Source: Candidatus Poribacteria bacterium
GTDB taxonomy: Bacteria > Poribacteria > WGA-4E > JAJDTR01
Reading direction: 5' to 3'
DNA length: 64,000 bases
Assembly (NCBI GenBank): GCA_965222225.1
Contig: CBDCTK010000002.1
Coordinates: 2,240,001-2,304,000 of the forward strand
The notes beneath the pieces were generated by a model. It was not told the origin of the DNA, did not search any database, and saw only the letters and a program-made list of their open reading frames with translations. The translations under genes were made by a program, and so were the position numbers. Below, one piece after another: positions 29,834 to 41,122 of the stretch. The stretch's first letter is position 1, and each line of letters opens with the position of its first letter.

Positions 29834-30774
29834 TTACAACAGCTCAACAGCGTCTTCGTCGTAATAATACGCAGGCTCTTCAACTTTGATTCGGCTTTTC
29901 TCGGTCAAGTGGATGGAGTTTGATAGCTTTTCGATGATGTCCTGTCGAACAAGCCATTCACACGCTTCTTCAAGGCCGCCGCCCTGAATCTTTTTGCGAA
30001 AATAACCGTTGATCTCCGATAATGAGCACACCTCTGCACATTCCGTGAGATAGTCGAGCAACGGGCGAAAAAGGCGATCTGTTTTTTCTTCGAGATACCC
30101 GTTCACTTGACTCAGCACGCCTCCAACGGTCTCGCGTGTTTTTTACTGGTTAACAAAGTCGGTGTAGACAGCAGTGAAGAATTGGGGATTGTGTTTGAGG
30201 GCTTGATGGATAACCTCGCGCGCGGGCGCTTCATCTTGTGAAGGATGACTTCGACAGACGCCAACTCCCGCACAACGTACATGAGCCACAAGAAACTGTA
30301 TTCGTAGTCCTCTTTGAGGTAGAAGTATTTCTCCGCCTTGTTGAGCAACGGGATGAGATATGAGGCGTGTCTCATCAGTTGAAGCGCCTGATCGCGCGCA
30401 CCAATGTGATCGATTGTGCTATACCATTGGGTTACCGAGTCGTCTTTGGTAAATAAAAGGGTGCTCGTGGAGAAGCTGAAGTCGAGCCAGCCACCGGCAA
30501 GTTCTCCTTCGATGCTGCGCTTGAACCTGCTGCGCGGTATGCGTTGCGCATGGATGTTTACATCGTATTCGCAGAGAGTAACATCCCCTTCCTTTTGTCC
30601 GTCCTCCATTATGAGCCATAGGTCGATGTCCGAGTTTTTCCAGACTTCGTCGTAGGACAGGCTGCCAAAGAGGATTGCCGCAACTACGGTCCGGTCTTTT
30701 TCGAGTTTCTCGACGAGCGACGATAGCGCTTGCTGGTAGCGTTCTCGGGTTTCTTGGCTCGGGGAATCGGGCAT
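29834..30774 (-). pseudogene. Pol-beta-type nucleotidyltransferase domain protein with a frameshift and a nonsense codon
   Basis: FGSLS..SDID motif. A frameshift near 30236 gives DEAPAREVIHQALKHNPQFFTAVYTDFVNQ*KTRETVGGVLSQVNG (TAA 30143-30145), joining the two ORF-track fragments. Confidence 0.8.
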
Positions 30775-30846
30775 AACGCACCTCACATAGCAACTCGCTG
30801 ATACCGGCTAAAGCCATCCCATCTCAATTCGGCGATTGTCGCCCCT

Positions 30847-30945
30847 GTAGGAGGATCAAGCGAGCGATTAGCGAGTGCGATAGAGATCCCAAGACGATAG
30901 TAGATCCCACAGTAACTGCGATAGAGATTCCTTCCGATTCCTGAC
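30847..30945 (+). repeat. REP with a 37-nt element (30854-30890) and two extra 3'-end fragments
   Basis: GTAGGAG-unit-..GATAGTAGATCCC-..GCGATAGAGATTCC-TTCCGATTCCTGAC; same host REP as 59962-60035. Confidence 0.8.
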
Positions 30946-30999
30946 AGGTGAAAATCGCTTACAGGTTATTTACTGATAACGCGGTATCTCTTGCGCTCT

Positions 31000-32628
31000 T
31001 TAAATTCCGATGGCGTATCCATCGCGACGCGGATCGGCGCCTCCCATCAATGAACCTTCGTCTTGATCGACGGCAATTCCCTGTCCGCCGCCCACGCCTG
31101 CCGTCCAGTCGGGCAACGCGCGAACATCATGCCCTCGTGCGGCAAGCGCGTCCCTGACCTCGACGGGGACACGACTTTCTATCCCAACACTGATGCCAGG
31201 CTCTTCAAGCCGAACCCGTGGCGCTTCAATGGCGGCTTGGATGTTCATGCCGTTCTCAATGAGATTCAGGATCATCTGCGGCGTGGTCTGCATGATTCCG
31301 TGACTGCCCGGCGTTCCAATCAGGGCGAAGAGATTGTCATCTCTCCAGATTTGGCACGGAGAGAGGCACATCTCGATTCGTTTGTGCGGGGCAATAACGT
31401 TCGGACTTTCGGGCAGAAGGTCGAACCAGTTCATGAAGTTATTCAGAAACATCCCCGTCCCGCCAAGAACCACGCCCGATCCGAAGGCAGATCCGAGGCT
31501 CTGGGTCACTGCAACGGCATTTCCTTCCGCGTCGATCACGTCAAAGTGCGTGGTACACTCATTAATCCACTCGCTCGGATCGCCTTCCACCACTTCCCCG
31601 GGCAGCTTGCTCTTCGTGTAGCGCTCACCGCCGCTTACTGCTGCTCGGTCGCCGATGCGTCCCCGTTGGGAGGCGGCATAACCCTTGGAAAGCAGACCGG
31701 AAATGGGCGGATTTGGGGCACAGGTGTACGCCGCGCGGTCGGCGCTTGCGAGTTTTATCGCCTCGATGAGCAGATGCAGATAGTTCGTCGAATTGTGTCC
31801 GAGTTCACTCAGGGAGTCGTTTTCCAGTATGCTCAGCGTTTGAAGATATTGGAATCCGGCGCACGGCGGCGGCGGGCAGTAGATGTCATACTCTTTATAA
31901 GATCCCGAAATCGGGGTCTCCCACCGCACTTCAAAATCCGCCAAATCTTTTTCCGAGATTAAACCGTCGTTCTCACGGGAAAACCGGGCAATCTCTTTAG
32001 CGATGTCACCGTGATAGAAGGCCTCCTTTCCACCTTCAATCACCCGTCGGAAGGTGCGTGCAAGATCCTTTTGCACCATGACTTCACCGGGTAGCGGCGT
32101 TCGTCCGCGAGCCATAATCACCTTTCTAGCGGTCGGCGCGAAATTGGGCGCGGCTCCCGCCATGAAGTCCGCGTTCTTGACCGTAACGGCGTAGCCGTTC
32201 TCGGCAAGTTCAATCGCGGGCTTGAAAATGCCGGCGAGATCCATGTCTCCGTATCGTTCCAGCAGCGCCAGCCATCCGCCGCACGCCCCGGGCACCATAC
32301 CCGACCTGATGCCAACCTGATTCGCCCGTGGCGTCGAGTAGGCCTCAAGTACCGCCCCATACGGACTCATGCCCATATAGTCCAGCACGCGCCGCGTCTT
32401 CTCTTTGGCGCTATACATGATTAGGTAACCGTTGCCCGCCATGCCGGACATGTACGGTTCAACCACGTTCAGGGTCGATGCAACGGCGACCATGGCATCG
32501 AAAGCGTTGCCGCCCTGAAGAAGGATACGCGCTCCTGCTAGGCTTGCCAGCGGATGGGCACTGGTGACCATACCTCTTGTGCCTGTCACTGTTGGACGAT
32601 GCGTGAGACCGTGTGACGGAAATGCCAT
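31000..32628 (-). CDS. ggt: Gamma-glutamyltransferase family Ntn-hydrolase
   Basis: GGNAFDA, VVEPYMSG, catalytic TTHF, GTPG, GADPRRDG. Confidence 0.92.
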   Translation of the reverse strand: MAFPSHGLTHRPTVTGTRGMVTSAHPLASLAGARILLQGGNAFDAMVAVASTLNVVEPYMSGMAGNGYLIMYSAKEKTRRVLDYMGMSPYGAVLEAYSTPRANQVGIRSGMVPGACGGWLALLERYGDMDLAGIFKPAIELAENGYAVTVKNADFMAGAAPNFAPTARKVIMARGRTPLPGEVMVQKDLARTFRRVIEGGKEAFYHGDIAKEIARFSRENDGLISEKDLADFEVRWETPISGSYKEYDIYCPPPPCAGFQYLQTLSILENDSLSELGHNSTNYLHLLIEAIKLASADRAAYTCAPNPPISGLLSKGYAASQRGRIGDRAAVSGGERYTKSKLPGEVVEGDPSEWINECTTHFDVIDAEGNAVAVTQSLGSAFGSGVVLGGTGMFLNNFMNWFDLLPESPNVIAPHKRIEMCLSPCQIWRDDNLFALIGTPGSHGIMQTTPQMILNLIENGMNIQAAIEAPRVRLEEPGISVGIESRVPVEVRDALAARGHDVRALPDWTAGVGGGQGIAVDQDEGSLMGGADPRRDGYAIGI

Positions 32629-32958
32629 ATTCTGTAACCTCTCCTTCAGTGTTTCCCGATTAAAGCCCGGTACCAAGTCCACAAATCCGGCGTTAGCCTT
32701 AAATATAGGGGACATCGATGACTTGGAATAACTCAAGATGCCGTAATATACAAGTATCACGTCGCAAACCTCCTGTCAAGCACGAAAACTTTCGAGGAAA
32801 GGTGGAAGCAGGGAAGATTAGAAGGATGTGAAACATGATGCGTGAAATCACCGGACAATGAATGGGGGTGCAAAGGAAATACGGAAAACTGATGATTTGA
32901 TAATCGTCGATTCCCCAAGGATCGACGAAGATTCCACGCACGGATCTGGGATTTGAAA

Positions 32959-32987
32959 TTGAGAAGTCAATTTGCTTATGCTATAAT
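32959..32987 (+). promoter_or_regulatory. Sigma70-type promoter
   Basis: TTGAGA-17 nt-TATAAT with extended TGn. Confidence 0.6.
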
Positions 32988-33094
32988 GGCACACGCCATT
33001 TTCAGGTGCCATCCGCGCGTAAATTCAAAATACGGTACAAACGTCTTTTTCACCAGCATTAGGATATTTCAAACAATCAAGGAAACAGAACTCC

Positions 33095-34930
33095 ATGAAA
33101 ACGAAAACGGTTCAATTCACTATTGTAATCTCTATCGTTCTCGCTTTTGTAATGGCGGCGGCTCTTCCTCAGGTTTCGCATTCGCAAGGGTATTCAATAC
33201 GGATAGCTCTCCCGGAAGCGTCCGAATCCACCGTGGACTATATCTTTGAGGCAATCGGGGTTCCCGGTGTTGAGTTTCTGGAAGTGACTGCCAGCAATGA
33301 CCTCGGGCATTACGCCGGGAACACTCGCAGCCCTGATGGAGAGAAAACCATCGGTTTTACACTGATTAACGGGATTTACTCGACTTACGATTTCCCCGAC
33401 TCCAACAATACGTATCTATATGGGCTCAACAATAGGGGTCAAGCCGTGGGATTCTACGAGGAATCGGACGAGGTGGCTCACGGTTTAATCGTGGCGGATG
33501 GCGAAATGACCCAATTCGATTTCCCGGGGGCATCGGAAACCTATATCTTTGGGATTAGCGAAATTGGGCAACTCGCCGGGAACATCGCCGATGCCTCCGG
33601 TGTCATTCACGGGTTCGTGGACGATGCGCAGCTAGATTTTCCCGGTGCAGCGAGGACGTATGCCGATCATATTAACTCCGCAGGGGTTTCCGTCGGGAGT
33701 TACGTAGATGCCGATGGAATACATCACGGTTACAAGCGCGATGCCGGCGGCAACTTTACCACTTTGGAGTATCACGGCACTCCATCCAATCTAGAATATC
33801 TTTACGTGAACGCCATCAACGATGCCGGTGTTATCGTGTACAGAGCCAAAGAGATTGGCGATGTCGATCGTTCTTATGTGATTCTGCCGGGGGGTACGCC
33901 GAAGGAGTTGCGAGCGCCCGGAGGTGTCAATACCGTTGGACGCGACGTTAACGCGAAGGGACAAGTTGTCGGTTACTATGATATGCCAGACGGGGAAAGA
34001 CGCGGATTTATCGCCAAGCCCGCGACTATGGGTTATGTGTTCGAGACAATCAAGGTCCCCGGCGTGGATTTTCTGGAGTTGACCTCAACAAATGATCTTG
34101 GGGATTACGCCGGCAACACTCGCGCCTCTGATGAAGCGAAGGTTGTCGGGTTTACGCTGATCGATGGCGTGTTTTCCACTTACGATGTCCCAGACTCCCT
34201 CTCCATAGGCTTCTACGGTCTCAACAACGCTGGGCAGACCGTGGGCTTCTTTCAAGACATGAGCGAGGTCGCCCACGGTGTGGTCCTGCAAGATGGCGAA
34301 TTGACGCAATTCGATTTTCCGGGAGCAGCCGAAACGGAAATCTTCGGTGTTAGCGAGGCGGGTCAACTGATTGGCGACATATCTGATGCGGCTGGCGCCA
34401 TCCACGGATTCGTGGGAGATGAACAGTTTGATGTGCCCGGAGCCATGACAACCTATGCCGACGATATGAATGCTGCGGATATCCTAGTTGGCAGCTACGT
34501 TGACGCGGACGGGATATATCACGGCTACATGCGCGACGCCGATGGTAGCTTTACCACTTTCGACACCACCGGTAACTTGTCGAACCTCTAGTATCTCTTC
34601 GTGAACGCCATCAGCGACGCTGGCGTCATCCTGTTCAGAGCCAAAGAGGTAAACGATGTCGAACGCTCTTATGTCCTCAGGCCGAACAGCGAGCCTACGG
34701 AATTGCGAGTCCCCGGCAGTGTCACCACCGTCGCGCGCGACATCGATACCGAGGGGGGTATAGTCGGTTACTATGACACTATGGACGGCAGCAGACACGG
34801 TTTCATTGCCAAACCCGCTCTGAGCGAGAGTGGGCAGAATGTCACCGGCATCTTCTTTACTACTCTCTCCAAAGGCTTGAACATGCTCTCAGTGCCCTTA
34901 CAGCCGCTTAGACCGATAAGGGCGCGCTGC
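33095..34930 (+). pseudogene. Secreted tandem beta-repeat (HAF-like) protein with a premature stop and a truncated C-terminus
   Basis: Two repeats of about 260 aa. Repeat 1 NLEYLYVNAIND aligns with repeat 2 NL*YLFVNAISD (TAG 34589-34591); the frame continues in ORF 34601. Confidence 0.8.
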
Positions 34931-35096
34931 CTATTGGGATGGCCGCAACAGTCAGGGAGAACGGGTTTCAAGCGGCGTCTATTTTTACCAACTGTCCACG
35001 CCATCTTTCCATCAGATGAAGCGGATGGTAATAATGAAATAGTATCTTTGCAAAGCAGGGAGAATCGGTTATTTGATGAATCGCCGATGAATTCGT

Positions 35097-36362
35097 ATGA
35101 GCGGATTAGACTACGAACAAATCAGTAATACTACAGAGATTAACAAACGCAGCGTCTCGGTATCTCGATTGCCAAAAGGCATTGTTCTGCGCGAGCGGTT
35201 GGGCATTGTTGCAAGTGAACACCTTGATGGTCAGATTGTGCACCGCGCCCGAGATCCCGAAGGCGGCTTATTTGAATGCCGGGCGACGATCGCGCCCAAT
35301 GGGGATTTTCTCCTGATGTTTCCCGATGGCGGTCACTACGGTGGGCAATCTGAAAAGGTCAACGATATGCTCGCCTACCGATCGTCCGACGGTGGGGCGA
35401 CTTGGCAAGGCCCCCACGTCGCCTTCGATATCGACTACAATCAGCACGGGTTTATCCCCCTCACTCCCCGCGGCACAGAACGGATTTATGCCTTCGGCAC
35501 GCAACCCGTCTGGGATAACGAGCGTATAAACGGCTTAAAAAAAGCCGATGGTCTGCACGAAAACGCGCCCATCGGCTTTCGATATTCGGATGATGACGGA
35601 CACACCTGGTCCGACCTCACGCTAATTGCTCCCACCAATGATCCCGGTTTCCGCGGGATGTCCGTTATGCGCATGTGCGAAACCGATGCCGGTACTTGGC
35701 TGCTCGGCTCACACGAAGCCGATTGGTCTTACAAACCGTTGATGACGCGGCAGTACATTTTGCGTTCCGAGGATGGCGGACAGACCTGGAACGTTGCTCC
35801 CTACAAACGCCGCGGCGGCTGGTGCGTCCCCCAATTCAATCGTATGGACGAGGGTCGGCCCATCAGCCTCGGAAACGGTCACGTTTTTCTGATGACTCGC
35901 ACCTGTGAAGGTCATCTCTGGGGGCTATGGAGCGAGGACGACGGTAGAACTTGGACTCACCCACAGCCGACGCCGCTCGTGCATCCCGACGCGCCACCGA
36001 TGCTGTTTCACTTGTCCGATGGCAAAACCCTCGTCGCTTTCCACCACAACCGATACAGCGATTTCAACTACACCGGTCTCAGCAGCGAAAAATCCGAGGT
36101 CATGAAAGATCGTTCGGAAATTTGGTTGGCAACGTCTACCGATGGCGGACACACGTGGAGTGAGCCGCGCTTTGTATTTGCCAACGCCTTGAGCGAAGCC
36201 TTCGCAAGACCGTTCCGAAACTTCCAGTGCTCCTACATGGATTGTGTCGTCAGCAACGGCATGCTGAACCTGTTTGTCCCTCACCGCTGGCAACGTGTTC
36301 TCCATCTTACCATTAAGGAAAGCCAGATTCAAAATCTGCTCACCGAGAGTGATTTGCGATAG
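35097..36362 (+). CDS. Sialidase-like BNR/Asp-box repeat protein
   Basis: SSDGGATW, SDDDGHTW, SEDGGQTW, SEDDGRTW, STDGGHTW. Confidence 0.88.
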   Translation: MSGLDYEQISNTTEINKRSVSVSRLPKGIVLRERLGIVASEHLDGQIVHRARDPEGGLFECRATIAPNGDFLLMFPDGGHYGGQSEKVNDMLAYRSSDGGATWQGPHVAFDIDYNQHGFIPLTPRGTERIYAFGTQPVWDNERINGLKKADGLHENAPIGFRYSDDDGHTWSDLTLIAPTNDPGFRGMSVMRMCETDAGTWLLGSHEADWSYKPLMTRQYILRSEDGGQTWNVAPYKRRGGWCVPQFNRMDEGRPISLGNGHVFLMTRTCEGHLWGLWSEDDGRTWTHPQPTPLVHPDAPPMLFHLSDGKTLVAFHHNRYSDFNYTGLSSEKSEVMKDRSEIWLATSTDGGHTWSEPRFVFANALSEAFARPFRNFQCSYMDCVVSNGMLNLFVPHRWQRVLHLTIKESQIQNLLTESDLR

Positions 36363-36369
36363 AGCAATC

Positions 36370-36480
36370 CATCAAGCGCGTGAATAACAAAGGGATTCTC
36401 TATCGCCCTAGGACTTCTATCGCACTGGGATTTCTACCGTCCTCGCTACTCACTCCGTTGATCTATTCGCTCGTTTGATC
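36370..36480 (-). repeat. Nested cluster of 37-nt elements
   Basis: Full unit 36427-36463 sits after nt 17 of another unit; an extra 3' fragment and an opposite-strand 5' fragment are also present. Confidence 0.8.
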
Positions 36481-36534
36481 TCATCAGATTGTCGAGCCCT
36501 ACTTCGCCATCCACCTGCCGCAACCAGAGGATAT

Positions 36535-36940
36535 ATGTCTTTTGAACTGTACTTTTTAGTCTCATTCGTTACGGCAGGATCCGTCTCGTTTTGCGTTGTG
36601 AGTGTGTGCGAAGCGCCACTATCCATCCTCATGCGGCGCATCATTCAGAACGAAACCAGTCGCACGTTTACAAGGTATGTGAGATATGCGACCTATCTGG
36701 TTGGCATCTCACACGGCGTGACAGTAGATCCGCTAGGATTTGAACTCAGGGCACACATCTTTAAGCATGATTTCATTCACCATGTTTCCAATTACCCAGA
36801 GTGGTGGGTGTGGCTGATATGGATACTGACAATCATCATGCAATCCCTTACCGCAATAGCTTCTATAGTATTTAGTGTATTTAGTGTTTTTCATATTCGG
36901 CTTAATTGCATACATCACCGTTAAAGTGGGAGAAAAGTGA
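36535..36940 (+). pseudogene. 3-TM membrane protein paralogue, frameshifted near the C-terminus
   Basis: GTATTTAGT tandem duplication at 36868-36885; the other frame gives YLVFFIFGLIAYITVKVGEK*, matching the 21636 paralogue. Confidence 0.7.
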
Positions 36941-37326
36941 CACTTGAAATTAGGAGGAACAATGTTTTTTGAACTGGATTTCATAGTCTCGGTCATCGTA
37001 GCGGCAATCGTTTCTTTTGGCGTTATGATGGTGTTTGCACGCTTGATTTCTACCATCTTTGGGGACATCTTTCAGGACAAATTCCGCATAAACAGTGCGT
37101 TTATCAAGTACGTCAAATATGCCACCTTTTTGGTTGGTGTTTCGAGAGGCGCAATAGCATATCAGTTACGATTTAATATATGGTCACACTACGACACAAT
37201 TAAAGAGATTGCCCCGAACCTTGATTTTGATCGGGTTGCATTGCTGACTGCAACATACGTAACCATCATCGAAACGCTCCGAGCGCTTGCTTATATGTAT
37301 TTGGCGCTATTCTTAATAATCCTTAT

Positions 37327-38575
37327 GGGACTTAGTAGTTAACTGCTTTTTGGTCGATTTGCTTGCTTTTCTCTTCTTAATGTACAATCATTTTAGACAG
37401 TGTTCGGAATCTTGATTCACACTAAAATACATCTCTATAAGAGAGAAATGGAGGCATATCATGTTGACCAAGCGTTTGTACATGCTCGCGGGAGCATTGC
37501 GGGTTATCTGCGGGATTTTAATTTCCAACACTATGGGATTTTCAGCACACCATGATGTTGTCGTTGACAGAATATACCGATAGCCAAACAATTCATGTGG
37601 CTCAGGTGAAGCATTCATCAAAAAATCTTATGAAAATCTCATCATCTTTTCTGCGATTATATTTCCAGCAAGACTCCATGATATACAGTGGCAGCCACTT
37701 CTTGCTGTAGTGATGATGCGTTCCGTAGAATGACCTCTTGACACAAGCCCAAAACGACTCGATGGTGTTGGTGTGAGTTACGCCGTCCTCAGAAACATAT
37801 CTCTCTTGGTGATGGATAACATGTCTTTCGATATCTTCGTCCAGACTATTGTAAGAGCGAAATTCATCAGTCATAAGAATAGACTCATCGGGTGAGACAT
37901 TGCTAAGGATGAATTCTCTGATATTTTCACCAGATAGAACCTTCATGAATTTAGCAACCACCCGACCGCCTCTCTCGACTACGCCGATGACGGGAGATTT
38001 ATTTGTGCCTCTACCTCTCTTAGATTTTGCTCTGGGTTTGCCGCCGACATAGGTTTCGTCCGCTTCAACTATCCCTTTCAGCAATTCATCACTATCACTC
38101 ATTTTCTCACGGAGGCGCATTGCCATATACCAAGCGGACTTTTGATTCATGTCCAAGTCACGAGCAAGCTGACAACTCGATATGCTTTTCTTGGCATTGG
38201 AAAGAATTGAGATAGCCAAAAACCATTTCTGGAGAGGTATCTTGGTACCATGGAAGATGGTTCCTGCTGTAGCCGAAAAGCTAGATTCACAATCGTAGCA
38301 ATTCCAACCAGTAGTAATGTCGTTTTTGTTCTTGCGTCCAACTTTTTCACTGCCACAGTGGATACAGCAAACACCGTCCTTCCAACGTTTTTCCTCTATA
38401 AATCTGAGACAAGATTCTTGATTTGGAAACTCTTTCATAAGATTCAAAATGTCCATAGCAAACTCCTACGAGAAGAATAGTCACTATGGACATCTACGTG
38501 TGACGAAAAGATTTACGACAGGGTACCAAGTTTTATGTTTGTCGTCAGTCTAAAAGCTACAAGCTACTAATTCCG
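37327..38575 (-). mobile_element. IS1595-family insertion sequence, copy 1 (1249 bp)
   Basis: Imperfect TIRs CGGAATTAGTAGCTTGTAGCTTTT / GGGACTTAGTAGTTAACTGCTTTT; 8-bp TSD ATCCTTAT at 37319-37326 and 38576-38583. Confidence 0.95.
37602..38456 (-). CDS. IS1595-family DDE transposase
   Basis: Zinc ribbon CIHC..CYDC, EADETYVGG, MTDE, HTNTIESFW. Confidence 0.95.
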   Translation of the reverse strand: MDILNLMKEFPNQESCLRFIEEKRWKDGVCCIHCGSEKVGRKNKNDITTGWNCYDCESSFSATAGTIFHGTKIPLQKWFLAISILSNAKKSISSCQLARDLDMNQKSAWYMAMRLREKMSDSDELLKGIVEADETYVGGKPRAKSKRGRGTNKSPVIGVVERGGRVVAKFMKVLSGENIREFILSNVSPDESILMTDEFRSYNSLDEDIERHVIHHQERYVSEDGVTHTNTIESFWACVKRSFYGTHHHYSKKWLPLYIMESCWKYNRRKDDEIFIRFFDECFT

Positions 38576-38665
38576 ATCCTTATTGCATACATCATCGTTA
38601 CGGCGCGAGAGAAGAGTGACACCTGAGATTAGGACAATTCATGTTTAGCTCGACTTAGTAAAGTT

Positions 38666-38810
38666 GTAGGGTGGGCACCGCCCACCATCTCTTGTAGGGT
38701 GCGATAAAGAGAATGAATAATGAGAGCGATAGCGATCTTACCAGCCTTTGAAAGCACTAGCGCGATCAAGGGAGATCAAACGAATGAACAGCGAGTGGGA
38801 AAGAAATCTC
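38666..38810 (+). repeat. REP cluster with degenerate 37-nt elements (38703-38739 and 38764-38810)
   Basis: GTAGGGTGC-unit-ACCAGCCTTTG versus the uninterrupted GTAGGGTGCGCACTGCGCACCAGCCTTTG at 1452. Confidence 0.65.
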
Positions 38811-38833
38811 TGAAAAGCGTCGATAACCGCGTG

Positions 38834-40803
38834 TCATGGATAGAATTGGTAGGTCTCCACATTCAGCACGATGCTCAGGATACTCCAGATACTGCCCATG
38901 AGAAAGTCGCCCAAGACAAGCCCCAAGAAAAACGGGACCGCGCGGCGGTAACTTCGTATGCCGCCGTTTTTGAGGATGAGCCACTTTGCCACCGTGCACA
39001 CGATGAGCGGCACCAAGAGATCTCCCGGCAACTCTCCGCCGCCAGCTATCAAAAATCCCAGCGGGTGTAAAGGCATCCAAAAGACTCTGGAGCGCAAATA
39101 GGCGAGAAGCATCATCGCCGAGAAACCCGCACCCATGAACGTTACGCCCAGCCAGTCGGTGTTCGTGGGATAGTAGATCCAATCCTTCAACCACCCGTAC
39201 CACCGTCTTCCGTGCCCCAGTGCCCAGGGCCCGAAATAGCCCGAAGCCGCGCCATGATTATAGTACATGTGGAGTTGAATCCAGAAGGAGACAAGCACGC
39301 CAACGCCGGTGGCAATGAGAATCGCGGCAAACATCTTTCGATGAGAGAGATTGGCTTGATCCGCGATTTTGAATCCTTCTAATTGGTGAGGCATCTGCTG
39401 CGGGCGGTACTCGCTGTTGAAAAAGCACACGGTCAGCGATGTCAGGTTCTGGGGTCCCAGCCGTCGAGTGCCCAGCCATTGGCTGAGCATCGCGCGCGGT
39501 GCGTACCCGTAACAGGCGAACACCCCCGCCTCCGCGCGAAGCCGGGTCATTACGGTTGGCGCAATCAGGAAGAGCAGCCCGAACGTGGAAGCCACCCAGA
39601 ACGTCATACCCGCCCGTCGGAGCAGGATAGTCAGCACGATAAGCCCCACAACCAGCCCCCACACCGCGGCGCGATACGGAAGCGGCTCCTCCGAATCATC
39701 AACATCGATTCGCCAGCCCAACGCGCGCTTTACCACACGTATGAAGTGCCCCTTCCCGGTCCAAAAAACGAAAACGCAAAGCCCCAAGAAGCCGCCGAGA
39801 ATCTGCTCACGATGGAAAGGGAATCGCGGCAAAGCATCCCACCCCATAATGTCGCCCAGCGTAAGTTGAACCCGGTACAAGCCGCAAAAGAAAGTGGTGG
39901 AAAGAAGCATATCCAGAGGCATCAGGAATAGAATTCCGACCGCGTAGGGGTAAAGCGAGAGACGAATCAAATCACTGTCATCCGCGAAGAAACTCAAAGG
40001 ACCTTCGGTGACGGTGTAGTATGTACGTTTGACCGGGACAAATGGAACCTGCGGGAAGTGCGTATGCAGCCCGTTAAGCAGACCGATGCCCGCGGCGATG
40101 CCGAGACCTAACCACATCCCCCTATTTTGGAAAAACCCGCCTTTGGGTTTCGTCATTTCCAACGCGAGTTGGGCGATTGGGTAGGTTAACCGTTCGTGCT
40201 CCGTCCATTGGCGCCGCAGGATGGTGTTCAGGCACAGGAAATTGAACGCCAAAACCAGAAAAACCAACAACCACGCGAGCACTACCGGAGCCCACACCCT
40301 CAGATGGTGCTCCAGATAGAGGGTGGACTCACCCTCGTAGAAATCGCGCAAAGCCAGTTCGTCCGAGACGGTGAGCCATCGGGGGATATGCCGGATAAAC
40401 AGTTCCTGGAACTCATTTTCGGGCGTGGCAAACCAGAAGGCGTATCCCAAGATCGACAGTATCGCTTGCAGAATATCCCCGGCGGACATCGTTGTCGTAA
40501 TGCTCAACATCACGTAAAGCATCAAGAGCTCGCCGTGTCGAAGCGCGATGCTCGGGAGGAGTAGGCGAATCAAGGAATTGATTATCATCACCGCCGTCAA
40601 GATGAAGATGACGTTGGACAGCGGCACTATCCAAGTGGGAAAGGTATAACGCACCAGTTCCATCTGCAGCAGAAAATAGCAGTTGACGGGAACCAGGATT
40701 AGCGTGATGAGTAGTAGCCGCGGCGTAAGACCGGGGTTCTTCTGTTGTGGGATCTCTATCGCCCTCCCTATTCGGCCGGTTGATGGTTGAGATTATCGGA
40801 CAT
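38834..40803 (-). pseudogene. DUF6785/DUF6784-type (OPT-like) polytopic membrane protein; 5' end disrupted by a 37-nt element
   Basis: LRRQWTEHERLTYPIAQL, RLRAEAG, WMPLHPLG, PFFLGLVLGD motifs. The frame extends upstream of 40663 (QQKNPGLTPRLLLITLILVPVNCYFLLQ) up to the insert. Confidence 0.75.
40749..40785 (-). repeat. 37-nt element inside a coding sequence
   Basis: Reverse complement CATCAACCGGCCGAATAGGGAGGGCGATAGAGATCCC. Confidence 0.85.
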
Positions 40804-41122
40804 ATCTTTCAAAAACAGTGTCCAGTGGAGAGTCAAAAGTGTTTCAACTCGCCGCTGACCACTACTTTTCCGACAAGATTTCCTGGAGTAGGAGCGATCT
40901 CCCGGTCGCGACATCCTGTCGCAAGCAAAATTTGCCTCGGCAGAAGACGAGAAATAATTCGCGCTACTACACACGAATTGTGCAAGTTCCAAATGTATTA
41001 TTCTTGGTTGAATTGACTATAAAAGCCTTTCAACCTTCACTAACCACACTTTTGCGGCAGAATCTCCTTGAGAGAGTAAAACGTGAATAACAAAGGGACA
41101 AGGATCGGTGGGCAGTATGGAG

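Larger units (their letters stand above)
36962..38626 (+). pseudogene. 3-TM membrane protein paralogue interrupted by IS1595
   Basis: Removing the IS and one TSD restores ...MYLALFLIILIAYIIVTAREKSDT*. Confidence 0.85.

Noticed and set aside
29834-30118. Independent 94-aa gene
   Set aside because: It is the C-terminal fragment of the nucleotidyltransferase pseudogene
34589-34591. Pyrrolysine or read-through recoding of the in-frame TAG
   Set aside because: The aligned residue in repeat 1 is Glu (one change from GAG), the gene is also truncated downstream, and other genes here end at TAG
33237-34820. Duplicated segment as a DGR template/variable repeat pair
   Set aside because: It is an in-frame domain duplication with differences at all bases, and no reverse transcriptase is in the window
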